Shown in pieces: positions 63,645 through 64,000 of a DNA stretch of 64,000 bases. The translations under genes and the position numbers were made by a program. Origin of the DNA: Felis catus (taxonomy: Eukaryota). Under the pieces are notes generated by a model. That model saw only the letters and a list, made by a program, of their open reading frames with translations. It had not been told where the DNA came from and searched no databases. The DNA is taken from assembly GCF_018350175.1 (NCBI RefSeq), contig NC_058368.1, positions 21,330,001 through 21,394,000 on the forward strand. Reading direction: 5' to 3'. Position 1 is the stretch's first letter, and every line of letters starts with the position of its first letter.

Positions 63645-64000
63645 TTACAAGAGCCCTTCACACTTCATAGACCTTACCCTTATTCACTCAGAATTCTTTA
63701 AAGACTGCCTATGTATGTTTTAGCCTGCGACAAGGCTGTATTCGTTATCTCCTACCCATCACTGCCCCAATTACTTCCCACCATATAACAATTAGATACC
63801 AAGAAATTGAGCCCATGGCAAAGTGAAGAGTGGCTCAGCATCTGCTAAAACAGCTGAAGTCATGAACTAACGTGGCACCTCATACCTTGTCAAGCTGAGG
63901 TCAGTTGGTTTGGTATAGACTCAAAGCACCAGCAAAGAGCTTCCACAAGTCATCTGGTTGATTCTCCAATGCCTTAAGCAAGGGTCCACCTATCTAAACC

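Overview
Mammalian, felid (cat-family) non-coding DNA. It contains about 35 tRNA-derived Can-SINEs of the SINEC_Fc type, including very young copies, plus many L1 fragments of different ages, L2 and MIR relics, MaLR and ERVL solo LTRs, hAT and Tigger DNA-transposon fossils, microsatellites and one full-length U6 snRNA retropseudogene. I found no protein-coding exon I can recognise. The ORFs in the track are SINE, L1 or microsatellite read-throughs or chance ORFs. SINEs are strongly biased to the + strand (29 + versus 6 - by my count), which suggests an intron of a gene transcribed on the - strand. I cannot support a new biological system here. The most interesting signals are unusual retrotransposition products: a TSD-flanked tailless L1 5'-end stub, a tiny TSD-flanked polyadenylated retrocopy, two L1 3' stubs in SINE tails, an L1 with a stuttered 5' junction and probable target deletion, and an old L1 with an internal inversion. 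Repeat family names come from recalled consensus sequences and were not checked against a database. Boundaries of old elements are approximate.
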